Origin: Phoronis australis
Taxonomy: Eukaryota > Animalia > Phoronida
NCBI GenBank assembly: GCA_002633005.1
Contig: NMRA01000757.1
Coordinates: 30,990-94,989, forward strand
DNA length: 64,000 nucleotides
Direction of reading: 5' to 3'
The translations under genes were made by a program, and so were the position numbers. Each line of letters begins with the position of its first letter. Positions within the stretch are counted from its first letter, which is position 1. The notes under the pieces are model-generated. The model was given only the letters and a program-made list of their open reading frames with translations. It was not told the origin of the DNA and did not search any database. Shown here one piece after another: positions 53,201-60,481 of this stretch.

Positions 53201-56200
53201 AACACACGGCAGGAAGCCCACAACCCTATCAGTATCAAGCTTTCAAACAAAAAGTTTCGTTGTGTTTTCAATGAAGTTTGTGTTAACGAAGGGCTCCAAC
53301 TAAACTATACCAACCAAGCAAAGGAAAGAATCTATTCCAGCTTAACTGTTACACCACAGTTAAATCCATCAGTAAACGATGAAAATTTAATAAAAGATTT
53401 AAATTAACGGTAACTTAAAATTCCCTTGAAGCTGCAAGTGAAACAAGGGACTTTGCCATAGAAATACCTTCATTTAGGTAAATCTCATGGGTCCCTTGTC
53501 AAACAAACCTCCCATGCTGATGAAGTACTTTCTCAAAAAGATGTATCTTTGCTCATAAGCGCCATCTAGTGAATATGTAGTTGATATTTACATTCTTCAT
53601 ACAGAAAAATCAAGCAACTTTCATCAGCTAATGAAATCTACATAACGTATCCCTGCTAGTGAGATGGAAAGTAAATTCAATGAACAGCTGAAGCCAACAA
53701 CTAAATAATTACCCTGCCTGGAGGTACCAGCATATCCAAAACCTGGCACAAGTAGACACACAGACAAACATAGATCCTGCGATGATCACTACATCTCTCC
53801 CCTCTTTGACTCTTGGATTCGTGGTAGTGTAACAATGTCCCAAATAAGTCGAGACACTCCACCAACAAGTCAGCCTGAAATATTTTATTACAGAAATTAA
53901 CATGTATTGCAGCAGCTATTGAGAGGAAACAGTCCAATGATATTTATTTACCAGAATAAAAACAAGGGTCCCTCTATTCAGTCAATCATTTACACACCAG
54001 AGGAACATAGTGCAACTACAGTAAACTCAATTGTGATTACGACCGTTTAAGCTTAAAAAAACATCTACTGGTTCTGGTCTGTACCTAAATCATTTGCAAA
54101 CCTGCACTGTACCTTGTTAACATGATATTAAACACCTCCATCTACATCAAGTTTAGCCAAGTTCATGAACTATTGTCAAACGCATGAAAGTAATGGCACT
54201 GGCTTGCCAAATCAGTCACAATCACCCTCTAAAAATGTCCGACAAAATGCAGCATTACAGACAGATGCATAGTGCTGGTATTGCCTAGTGATGTCATTTA
54301 TTATTTGGTATTAGATAAACATTCTTCTGTATGACCAGGCAAGCATTCCGTAGACACGAATACAGAAAGATCGCGCACTGACGGACACAAGCAAAGCTTG
54401 AATTAAGACAACTGCTAAAATTTAGCGACATATTTTGGCGGTAAAACATCCACTGCTTTGCAGAGAGGCCGCTGGGGGAACACAGTTTTACGATCATTAT
54501 TGACAGTGATACTAATCACTATCGCTTGAAACTGCGTCAACCAATTCACATTCAGTGTTCCGAGACGCCCTCATGCTATGTACAGGTTTCCCACGAGTCG
54601 TTGACACTGTTACACCGAGTTGTGATTCGCTGATTGCTAGCCAATCCTGTTCTGGTATTTTTGCGTGTTTCGGAATTTTCTGTGTATTGTACCTGTAACC
54701 ACCCTGGCATCCATTCTCTGAATAAAACTTGACAATGGTGGAGGTTTTACCACCGAAACATGTCGCTACATTTTAGAAAACTTGTCTTTATTCAAACTTT
54801 AAAGAGACAAGAATCTCGTAACCGCAAGATTTCTCGACATATCGTACAAGCAAAGCATATGACCACACCAGCTTCCTTAGCAAGATTCTTGCGTCTACGA
54901 AACAACCCAAGTGTTGTGTCAATCCGGAGTTTGAATTTGAAGCAGTACCCCCAACCCCCCCACCATTATGTAGAAGAGCTTCCCCTGGGATGAGAGTGAA
55001 CATTTACACAGCATCAACAAGACACTCACCAGCTGTCTCTCAGATGGACTTCTGGCTTCAAACACGTTGGACGAGACAGCTTCACGTAGAAGATCAAACA
55101 CTGACTGTAAGAGGACGAAAACATGACAAACCAATTGAACATCGTCTGTCTTTAGAAGATTCAAACACTTGTGAAGTACATCTGCAGTGTATTGGGGCAG
55201 TGTCATCTGTACAAACTGTAGGGCTTGGGTGTCCTCCGCCATCGACTCTGCTGGCATGATGTCATCGTGGTGAGAGGCAGAGCTAGAAGGTAATTTGAGT
55301 ATAATCATCATCTTGAAGTCCTTAAAACATAGGTTAGAGCACAATTAAAGCATGATCGTGTTCCCAAATTTGGTAAGATCATGCAAGACCACGCAAAATC
55401 ACGCGAGTGTTTGTAGAGTAAGCTCAAGATCAGAGACATTTTCTAAGCAACAAAGTAATTTCCTGAGATCAGTTTCAGCACGAAATTGAAACTGGAAACC
55501 AAGTAGTTGCATCCTAAACGCTCTGCTGCCAAATAATTAACCGAATATTTTAAGCGTATTTTATCGGTAATAACCGGCCTTGATTTTACAGATATGAAAC
55601 AAAAATGGATTTTATTTTTCATAGCTCTGGTCAAAGTTTCAAGAAGTCCAACCCATCCAACAATAATCCCCCAAAATATGATTTTCAACCATAAAACTGA
55701 AAAAGCCCTTTTTAAATTCAAAATACATCCAGTGTCATGTGAAGTGCAAGTAATTCTACCTTGGGGTCGATATGTCATTGTCGCGTCCATCACCTCGTAC
55801 GCGAGTTGGTTGTTCACGCCCCACAACAGATGGTCTTGTATCCTCAGAGTGGAGACTATCAGACGACAGGGATGAGGTGAAATCTACAATAAAGATTTAT
55901 TCATAATTAGAAAATACGTGTACAGACTGAGCAAAGTGACTTAAAGCAGCATTAAACCGATAATTTCTGTCAAAAAACAAGTTTTAATTTAGGCTACTAA
56001 CCATTATAAAATTGGTTTAGCATAATTCCTTAGTTACACTGCAGGTGATGTCAGAGCTTCAAAAAATGCGAGTTCATAATTTCTTCGGACTAAGCTCATA
56101 ACATCTCGGGTCATGCCATGACCTGAAATTTTATCAGCCCAGATATCACTAATAAACTGACTAAGGAAAAAGATCAATTTCATAGCCGTAAGGGCCTGAA

Positions 56201-59200
56201 TAAAATCTTGTTTTTGACATAAAACAAATGGTTCATGTCACTTTAAATGACTTATAAAGCCTAAGCACTATTCACCAATGAGAGACTAATGCTCGCAATA
56301 ACTGATTGGATTATGCCATCCATTATCCCATTATCTAACTTCTCCAATTGTCTTAACATCAAGGATTTTAATATTTTATCGTTTAAATCATATTAAATAG
56401 GCACAAGGAATTTAGTACTAATTAGCTTTATGAATTTCAATCAGTTTAGTGTAAATGTTTGTAAACTAAAAAGGCTGACAGTGTGATTGTCATTTTTAAT
56501 TGTAAACGAGCCTTGCTGTATGTAGCATACAGTCAAGAATGTTATTGCGTGCTGTTGCGTGCTGTTGCGTGCTGTTGCATGCTATTCAAATTTAAAGCAC
56601 ACGAGCGTTTGTACTACATGGGTTGCACACCACCTCAGAACTGACATTTCTACAAGTAAGACTGTCATTTCAATAGCACTACCATGGAAATTTTGAATTC
56701 ATCTTTAACAACACTCAACATCCTTCAATTGTTTCTAGCACTGATGATTACTGTGACAGACTAACTGTTGAATCTGATGTGATCACAGTCAATGTAAATA
56801 TGGTATGAAGGAAGGTGGAGAAGACAGACTAACTGCTAATAAAACAGAATGAGAAAGCTTGCTGCCTGCATCTCCAGGGAAGATGGCACCATTAAGAAAG
56901 TTCTTTGATTAATTTGATATAAGCCACACGGGACACTATTAGCAGACGTGATAATCATATTTGATTGACTTGATACCTGACGCACGGAACACTGTTAGCA
57001 GACGTCACAATCGTATTGGATTCAGTCAGCCCATTGTGTGTGAGTGAGCCACAATTACGCAACAACAAAGACCACAAAGAAAGTGTAGACAATGCCTCAC
57101 ACATTTAGCACATGGTGGAATCTTAATTTAATAAATTTCAAAATAAAAGGTAACTTTGGAATTAACATTGTATAGCTGTCAAAAAATAACAGATACCTTT
57201 CCATATTTGCAACACTCTAACTAGCGTATGAAGAATTGAGGAAATGCATTTATCAGCATTTGTTTTGACAGAGGTATATGACCAGCTATGTTGCAGAGTA
57301 AAACATCAAGTTGGTTGTCAAATAATGTCAATGTATTATGACTTATACACAAACAGTGGATCAAACATAAAGGACTGTGCAAGATTGGTAAAAGGAAAAA
57401 AGGCTTGGAGCTTCAATGTAGATGCACTCAAAGTAAGAATGAATAATATGAAATAACTGGAGAGTTACTGAGCTATGTTGAATAAGCACAAGGTTGGAAC
57501 TGAAGTCACTCAAAAATAACATACAAACACTCAGTTAATAAATGAAATCAGTATTGGAACTGAGTGCTGGCAAGATATGTATAGTGGTGGCAGGGACATG
57601 GGGGCCAAGATATGTATAGTGGTGGCAGGGACATGGGGCCAAGATATGTATAGTGGTGGCAGGGACCTGGGGCCAAGATATGTATAGTGGTGGCAGGGAC
57701 ATGGGGCCACGATATGTATAGTGGCAGCAGGGACCTGGTTAGCATTGGGAAAAATAAGTGACCTCTTTGTTTTATCTATCTTTTTTTACTCCAATTTACT
57801 CCAACATAAACTATGTTTGCACTGCGTGAGACCAACTGCTGTTGATGACTATGCGGAGAGGTCAAAGGTTACTTGCCTTGCTGACCTATGCCGTGATGTC
57901 AAGAGTATCATATTGCATGGTGTTTGAGAATCAGGGCTTGAAATGACCCATAACAAAAAAGCGGAAGTTTTTACGGCCCTAAGTATGCGCGCACCCAGCC
58001 TTGAAAATGTCGATGTGGACCTTTTGCCGACAAAAACCAGGAGGACTAAAATAAAAAAAGGTACCACCTCCAGAAGCGTGCGTCTGCCCCTTTTTAGCTC
58101 GTCCGTCCACTCCCACCTCCACACATTTTTGGCTGCAGAGTCGTAGTATTTGTCACCGCGATTTACAATCACACGAGACCCTATTGAAGAAATCCACCAC
58201 GCTATCCCAGGTGCCCCGGCAATGTTGACAATTAACGTTCCTGCGAAACATAAAGAGCAACTTCCGCTTTTCCAGGTGAAAGTCGTCGGCAATGCCGCGG
58301 TAAGAAAGAAATTTGCCGCGGAAATTTTATATCAAATCCGATTTTATTTTTTTTACGCGGAAATATAATAAAATACGCGGACAGAACATTTGAAAAAAGC
58401 GGAAATCCACGTTTCCGCAGAAAATTCCAAGCCTTGGAGAATGTACTTTTAGTTCTCTGCACCTAAAACACTCAGTACACATTGAAACAAGTTTCCAGAA
58501 TTGCTTGAGGTTGCAATCTAATCACTTCCTACAGGATGCTCAATTAGTGCAAACAATTGAGCGACAATAATGCATAGCCAAATACTGCGACAGATCTCAT
58601 ACCTTGCTTGGGAACATAAAGAGCTGGGTCTTGGTAAAACCTGATGCGTGAACGCAGGCTTCCACTGAAATCCGTCAGACATTTCGCAGCACTTGATGTC
58701 ACCTGTTGCAGGTCTCTCTTATCCACGGCCAGGAGACTAAGCAGGGTCTGCATCATTAACATAATTTATGAAACAAGGACACACAGGGTTTGTATCATTA
58801 ACATAATTTATGGAAAAATAAACACAAGGACAGCCTCATCAGCACAATCCATATTAAAAATAAATAAAAACAAACATTTCCATCAAAAAACAAAACATTT
58901 CCATCAAAAACAAATGTTTCCATCAAAATACTATTGTTTGTATAAATAAATAAAAACAAACATTTCCATCAAAATACTATTGTAAGTACAAATAAATAAA
59001 AACAAACATGTCCATCAAAATGCTATTGTTCGTAAAAATTAGTAGGGGCATTAAAATTATTGATCAGTTGCATAAAATATTAAAATGTTAGTATCCAGAG
59101 GATTACATTGGACACCTAACAAAGTGAGTGTCTATAAAATATTAAAATGTTAGTATCCAGGGGATTACATTGGACACCTAACAAAGTGAGTGTCTATAAA

Positions 59201-60481
59201 ATATTAAAATGTTAGTATCCAGGGGATTACATTGGACACCTAACAAAGTGAGTGTCTTTTATTTTACTACACCACTCATCACAGTTTCAGCCAATCAGTT
59301 ATCAATAAATGATTATGGTTACAATCACTCATTACTTAAATCAGTAATCAATAAATGATTATGGTTACAATCACTCATTACTTAAATCAGTAATCAATAA
59401 ATGATTATGGTTACAATCACTCATTACTTAAATCAGTAATCAATAAATGATTATGGTTACAATCACTCATTACTTAAGAGTTAATTATAAACCGAGAGAT
59501 CCATTAAATTTGATATTTCAATGTCACTGGTGAGTATAGTATTTCAGAAAGATGGCGTATTTTGAAGCAAGCTACATCAGGTGTTTTGCTTAAAATTAAG
59601 TACTGAGCAGAAACGCTAATTGATAAATGGCTCTTAAATTTCAAATTTGTCAGATTACTGTTTGGCAATGTCATTCTTTCAACTGTTCCACCGCTGGAAA
59701 GTTTTGTATTGGAATTGGTCCCAGTATCAGTTTCTGCTTAACTAAAGACATACAGTTAATACAGGAATGTGATCACAAACATGAAATTGAAAACCAGTTC
59801 ATCGTGTTAAACGAAGACAGACAATTGAAACTTAAGAAACCTTGAATTATCTAATTTAATTAATTCTGCTGCCACTGAAAATATCATACAGTGATATAGC
59901 TGCCACATGAGAACTGTACGGAACCTTTACGAAATAATAAATACGAAATAACCGTAAAATTTCTAGTTTGGGCAGTCTCTTAAATTTGCGACATGGAAAC
60001 TCAAGCAGAAATGGAATTTTCCCCATTCTGAAGATTGATACACGGTCGATTATGGCGTTCATCAAAATTCTCAAAATTTGCACATTGCATTTTGTGTATT
60101 AAAAGTCTGAAAAGATACTTGGCAGGTTCATAAAATCATCAAAAATAGTCGCTGATTCAACGATTTCATGCATCCCCATAGCGACATTGCAGTGAATGAG
60201 CATTTGTCATCGATAGTAATTCTTGAATTTGGAACCGCCAGTATTTCCTATTTCTAAAATTTGGTAAAAGTTCTGACCTTGAGCAAAATAATAAATTTTC
60301 TACTGTTCCAAACTGGAGAATTTTTGGAATGCTTGGTCAGGTGTCGCCAGTTACGTAATACATTACCTTGACAATGTCGGGTCGCTGGAGAAACACCTCT
60401 GGTGGAAAGTCATGATGGACAACGTCACTGAGAAAATCACACGTGCTCACAACCAATGCCGAGTCTGAGCTCTGCAGGGAG
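17065..60481 (-). CDS. RTTN: Rotatin (ARM-repeat centriole protein); 42 exons found, about 1985 codons, 5' exons not found in window
   Basis: All exons join in frame via GT-AG. Recognisable rotatin motifs DFPPEVFLQRP, RPSVVGR..RGDG, RKSAVEQLSVMLQD, HFYNLASLERTL, SFMGKGVT, WLFPLWTYRDPEVR, LWALLHNSQK. Confidence 0.93.
17249..17583. repeat. 34-bp minisatellite x~10
   Basis: TATGCGCCCAGTGTGTGCATCACAGATAAAAGAT. Confidence 0.95.
17911..18014 (-). CDS. RTTN: RTTN penultimate exon
   Basis: ASSALWALLHNSQK; phase 1/0. Confidence 0.9.
18289..18654. repeat. 86-bp tandem repeat x~4.2 including an RTTN exon end and its donor
   Basis: TGGTTGCA recurs at 18291, 18377, 18463, 18549, 18635. Confidence 0.95.
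18611..18733 (-). CDS. RTTN: RTTN exon
   Basis: DSLNLLLEF...ALVILHNLCHNATNKTKLL; phase 1/1. Confidence 0.9.
20049..20196 (-). CDS. RTTN: RTTN exon
   Basis: SNFLHGF...LWLDLFVNLSFHSEGQQMIMK; phase 0/1. Confidence 0.9.
20627..20829 (-). CDS. RTTN: RTTN exon
   Basis: NSLVHCLI...FSLLTTLALSTECRGVMWK; phase 1/0. Confidence 0.88.
21190..21316 (-). CDS. RTTN: RTTN exon
   Basis: IVACEAGLANVVHKLWSWCQLD...TYTA; phase 0/1. Confidence 0.88.
21385..21665. mobile_element. Degenerate MITE
   Basis: GGTCTGTCTCATGAAAG ... CTCATGAAACAGAACC imperfect terminal inverted repeats. Confidence 0.45.
21796..23419. mobile_element. Kolobok-type non-autonomous DNA transposon (1.6 kb)
   Basis: TTAA|AGGAGAATGCCACCC ... 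GGGTGGCATGCTCCT|TTAA: TTAA TSD and purine-starting TIRs; decayed coding-like interior. Confidence 0.75.
23720..24110 (+). mobile_element. 3' remnant of a CR1/L2-type LINE
   Basis: Broken translation ETFKIVHKRSPQLLHDLI...FGSRSFKYYAAVM*NRL...DGPAC resembles an ORF2 C-terminus; T-rich tail follows. Confidence 0.6.
24173..24250 (-). CDS. RTTN: RTTN exon
   Basis: DNPMIIELCQLLDLMRNLLFQSQEAK; phase 0/0. Confidence 0.87.
24574..24671 (-). CDS. RTTN: RTTN exon
   Basis: AGFVESVMEEIRNVHVELNLNCL...NKK; phase 1/0. Confidence 0.86.
25285..25476 (-). CDS. RTTN: RTTN exon
   Basis: GVQLCHALIQLFE...ALKGLLVTSRSATQAAV; phase 1/1. Confidence 0.88.
25989..26147 (-). CDS. RTTN: RTTN exon
   Basis: TALHFLGLLLLEEA; phase 1/1. 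Confidence 0.87.
26573..26663. repeat. 31-bp tandem repeat x3
   Basis: ACGGCAGTGATAAGCTGTCTGCTGTCTATGT. Confidence 0.9.
27195..27870 (+). mobile_element. Helentron/DINE-like non-autonomous element (tentative)
   Basis: Internal ~140-150-bp degenerate repeats (AAAATTGCCACTAG), (GGAC)n, terminal hairpin ATGCGTCCACATA-caaa-TATGTGGGCGCAT followed by AAAAA. Confidence 0.55.
28014..28154 (-). CDS. RTTN: RTTN exon
   Basis: SMWMAVLQLLTQLIK...KKW; phase 1/1. Confidence 0.85.
29210..29436 (-). CDS. RTTN: RTTN exon
   Basis: LLSSEVLQGYITELS...LLSLLTVDYS; phase 2/1. Confidence 0.85.
29883..30051 (-). CDS. RTTN: RTTN exon
   Basis: VSSPGLISALCQLMRNLVKLAPEDT; phase 1/2. Confidence 0.88.
30813..30951 (-). 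CDS. RTTN: RTTN exon (alternative acceptor at 30941)
   Basis: PTTVPSGVRPETLG...SPTSVQ; S/T/P-rich linker; ends phase 1. Confidence 0.72.
31359..31426 (-). CDS. RTTN: RTTN exon (possibly cassette; low-complexity linker)
   Basis: ENPSPTHGQINVTHDNSPPHQTR; TTCAG acceptor, GTGAGT donor; phase 1/0. Confidence 0.6.
32047..32224 (-). CDS. RTTN: RTTN exon
   Basis: VQLTGLVALLVLLEHTNFY...; phase 0/1. Confidence 0.87.
32609..33038. repeat. 41-bp minisatellite x~10
   Basis: CTCTCAGACTAACACAGGCAACAAACAGACAATGTGTCCAA. Confidence 0.95.
33070..33166. repeat. 19-bp tandem repeat x5
   Basis: TCCACATTCTAAAGCACAG. Confidence 0.92.
33191..33271 (-). CDS. RTTN: RTTN exon
   Basis: AALLLVNLTTLCLTDEEGPVIKHKDDD; phase 0/0. 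Confidence 0.83.
34228..34386 (-). CDS. RTTN: RTTN exon
   Basis: VRAAGL...ISGGIWGVAITVLLSVTECSFVRQQ; phase 0/0. Confidence 0.9.
34985..35458. repeat. Degenerate ~42-bp minisatellite
   Basis: GTTGTACTGTCTAGCTACCCTGTTATTCTGATAACACCCTAAA variants. Confidence 0.88.
35517..35621 (-). CDS. RTTN: RTTN exon
   Basis: DWSTHWLY...WLFPLWTYRDPE; phase 0/0. Confidence 0.9.
36300..36504 (-). CDS. RTTN: RTTN exon
   Basis: GWS...LLEVLSAFHLGRGSTTMSFMGKGVT; phase 2/0. Confidence 0.9.
37178..37312 (-). CDS. RTTN: RTTN exon
   Basis: LEVADAPHFYNLASLERTLDCLMHVTAR; phase 2/2. Confidence 0.9.
37912..37983 (-). CDS. RTTN: RTTN exon
   Basis: MVSKETLTLVKSVVTTAPYSLTS; phase 2/2. Confidence 0.75.
38277..38507 (-). 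CDS. RTTN: RTTN exon
   Basis: FLCTTPSSAADKNLLSQI...; phase 2/2. Confidence 0.87.
38898..39001. repeat. 35-bp tandem repeat x3
   Basis: TGTCACATTACAACTGGCAAGTATTACAYACAAAC. Confidence 0.92.
39046..39267 (-). CDS. RTTN: RTTN exon
   Basis: FSDKLRLT...IMNATSHIHVTDALSRL...WKQAFNR; phase 2/2. Confidence 0.87.
39640..39840 (-). CDS. RTTN: RTTN exon
   Basis: YKLPFKPPIHDITSRHA...LWNVSWH; phase 2/2. Confidence 0.88.
40223..40267 (-). CDS. RTTN: RTTN micro-exon (45 nt)
   Basis: PDSVPFSLPSLLTTR; phase 2/2; GTAAGT donor. Confidence 0.8.
40574..40670 (-). CDS. RTTN: RTTN exon
   Basis: RCRLETAHVLAFLVFCDV; phase 1/2. Confidence 0.83.
40882..40999 (-). CDS. RTTN: RTTN exon
   Basis: PACMRVLRYLLQNSPSLRRTLS; phase 0/1. 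Confidence 0.87.
41030..41533. mobile_element. MITE, about 500 bp
   Basis: TA|GGCCCTTTCATA ... TATGAAAGGCCC|TA; internal CCGGAGTTAAGCGTTCATACTG repeats and GCGTCGACG palindromes; 30 nt from the RTTN acceptor at 40999. Confidence 0.75.
41847..41935 (-). CDS. RTTN: RTTN exon
   Basis: DPALHPGFLAVGGLDKVLACL; phase 1/0. Confidence 0.87.
42142..42708. mobile_element. PIF/Harbinger-type MITE
   Basis: TTA|GGGCTGTTCCAGCAAAATCTGT ... ACAGATTTTACTGGAACAGCCC|TTA: 3-bp TTA TSD, ~40-bp TIR. Confidence 0.85.
42912..43597. repeat. 22-bp minisatellite x~31 with 88-bp higher-order period
   Basis: ACTAAAAGTGRCCTGTKACATY. Confidence 0.95.
43617..43716 (-). CDS. RTTN: RTTN exon
   Basis: DENVQKVLSIF...IRKSAVEQLSVMLQ; phase 0/1. 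Confidence 0.9.
44741..44903 (-). CDS. RTTN: RTTN exon
   Basis: IRLEGVKRLFHFLS...TSILK; phase 2/0. Confidence 0.87.
44998..45139. repeat. 21-bp tandem repeat x~7
   Basis: TATACCCGTCACGTCAGCCTG. Confidence 0.92.
45596..45735 (-). CDS. RTTN: RTTN exon
   Basis: GYSGIQGTLGDCIL...ERLRASIRMMF; phase 0/2. Confidence 0.88.
46385..46501 (-). CDS. RTTN: RTTN exon
   Basis: VSKPARSIILHLLQ...MPVLQ; phase 0/0. Confidence 0.88.
46846..47256. other. Assembly gap followed by (CA)n
   Basis: Ns; CA repeat 47257-47280. Confidence 1.
47767..47892 (-). CDS. RTTN: RTTN exon
   Basis: HSLNITAAVKP...FLLDVDILYEVCCFGMND; phase 0/0. Confidence 0.88.
48272..48447. repeat. 28-bp tandem repeat x6
   Basis: GTGTTCATGTGAAGAGTAAAATGWCAGT. 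Confidence 0.93.
48511..48637 (-). CDS. RTTN: RTTN exon
   Basis: SRELLLKLLSHPILNIRAYSYTACLELVQ; phase 2/0. Confidence 0.88.
49903..50116. mobile_element. TA-flanked (Tc1/mariner-type) MITE
   Basis: TACCGTATTCGCC ... GGCGAATATGGTA with TAAGCGCCC subterminal repeats; a related start at about 50672. Confidence 0.7.
50413..50528 (-). CDS. RTTN: RTTN exon
   Basis: FPRTDMVDLLSLAEEALPSLPYH...KLCSD; phase 0/2. Confidence 0.83.
52121..52509. mobile_element. ~390-bp palindrome of Penelope-like termini with hammerhead-like core
   Basis: Two ~180-bp inverted arms around a 17-nt spacer; right arm carries TTGATTAA-GACTTGG-tgga-CCAGGTC-GAAAC-GTC. Confidence 0.65.
52426..52459 (+). ncRNA. Minimal hammerhead-ribozyme-like motif (variant core)
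   Basis: UUGA-U-[U]AA core, 7-bp stem II, GAAAC-GUC; stem I weak. Confidence 0.5.
52616..52828 (-). CDS. RTTN: RTTN exon
   Basis: AQSVLPENVIIYLSKILLD...FLSECNNK; phase 0/0. Confidence 0.88.
52924..53310 (-). mobile_element. Penelope-like remnant with inverted terminal segment
   Basis: 52924-52975 is inverted relative to 53229-53280; body homologous to 7235-7500. Confidence 0.6.
53077..53107 (-). ncRNA. Minimal hammerhead-ribozyme-like motif
   Basis: CUGAUGA-U-GAGAC-acaaa-GUCUC-GAAAU-AUA. Confidence 0.5.
53713..53874 (-). CDS. RTTN: RTTN exon
   Basis: ADLLVECLDLFGTLLHYHE...LVPPGR; phase 0/0. Confidence 0.88.
54394..54800. mobile_element. Inverted-repeat element with hammerhead-like core
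   Basis: Arms about 54394-54455 and 54737-54800 are reverse complements. Confidence 0.6.
54729..54764 (+). ncRNA. Minimal hammerhead-ribozyme-like motif (U3-A8 variant)
   Basis: UUGACAA-U-GGUGG-agguuuua-CCACC-GAAAC-AU-GUC; palindromic ACAUGU in stem III. Confidence 0.5.
55030..55282 (-). CDS. RTTN: RTTN exon
   Basis: SASHHDD...QMTLPQY...SERQL; phase 2/0. Confidence 0.88.
55760..55883 (-). CDS. RTTN: RTTN exon
   Basis: DFTSS...RPSVVGREQPTRVRGDGRD; phase 1/2. Confidence 0.85.
55945..56242. mobile_element. Kolobok-type MITE
   Basis: TTAA|AGCAGCATTAAACC...TGTCAAAAAACAAG vs CTTGTTTTTGACA...GGTTCATGTCACT|TTAA. Confidence 0.6.
57569..57738. repeat. 34-35-bp tandem repeat x5
   Basis: CAAGATATGTATAGTGGTGGCAGGGACATGGGGC. 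Confidence 0.92.
57932..58436 (-). mobile_element. hAT-like internally deleted DNA transposon with 6-bp TSD
   Basis: GAGAAT|CAGGGCTTGAAAT ... ATTCCAAGCCTTG|GAGAAT; interior AKNVWRWEW resembles a transposase N-terminus; GCGGAA subterminal repeats. Confidence 0.7.
58603..58747 (-). CDS. RTTN: RTTN exon
   Basis: TLLSLLAVD...LRSRIRFYQDPALYVPKQ; phase 0/1. Confidence 0.88.
59073..59256. repeat. 62-bp tandem repeat x3
   Basis: ATAAAATATTAAAATGTTAGTATCCAGRGGATTACATTGGACACC... Confidence 0.93.
59295..59477. repeat. 46-bp tandem repeat x4
   Basis: ATCAATAAATGATTATGGTTACAATCACTCATTACTTAAATCAGTA. Confidence 0.93.
60367..60481 (-). CDS. RTTN: RTTN exon (first found)
   Basis: SLQSSDSALVVSTCDFLSDVVHHDFPPEVFLQRPDIVK; phase 2/0. 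Confidence 0.9.
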
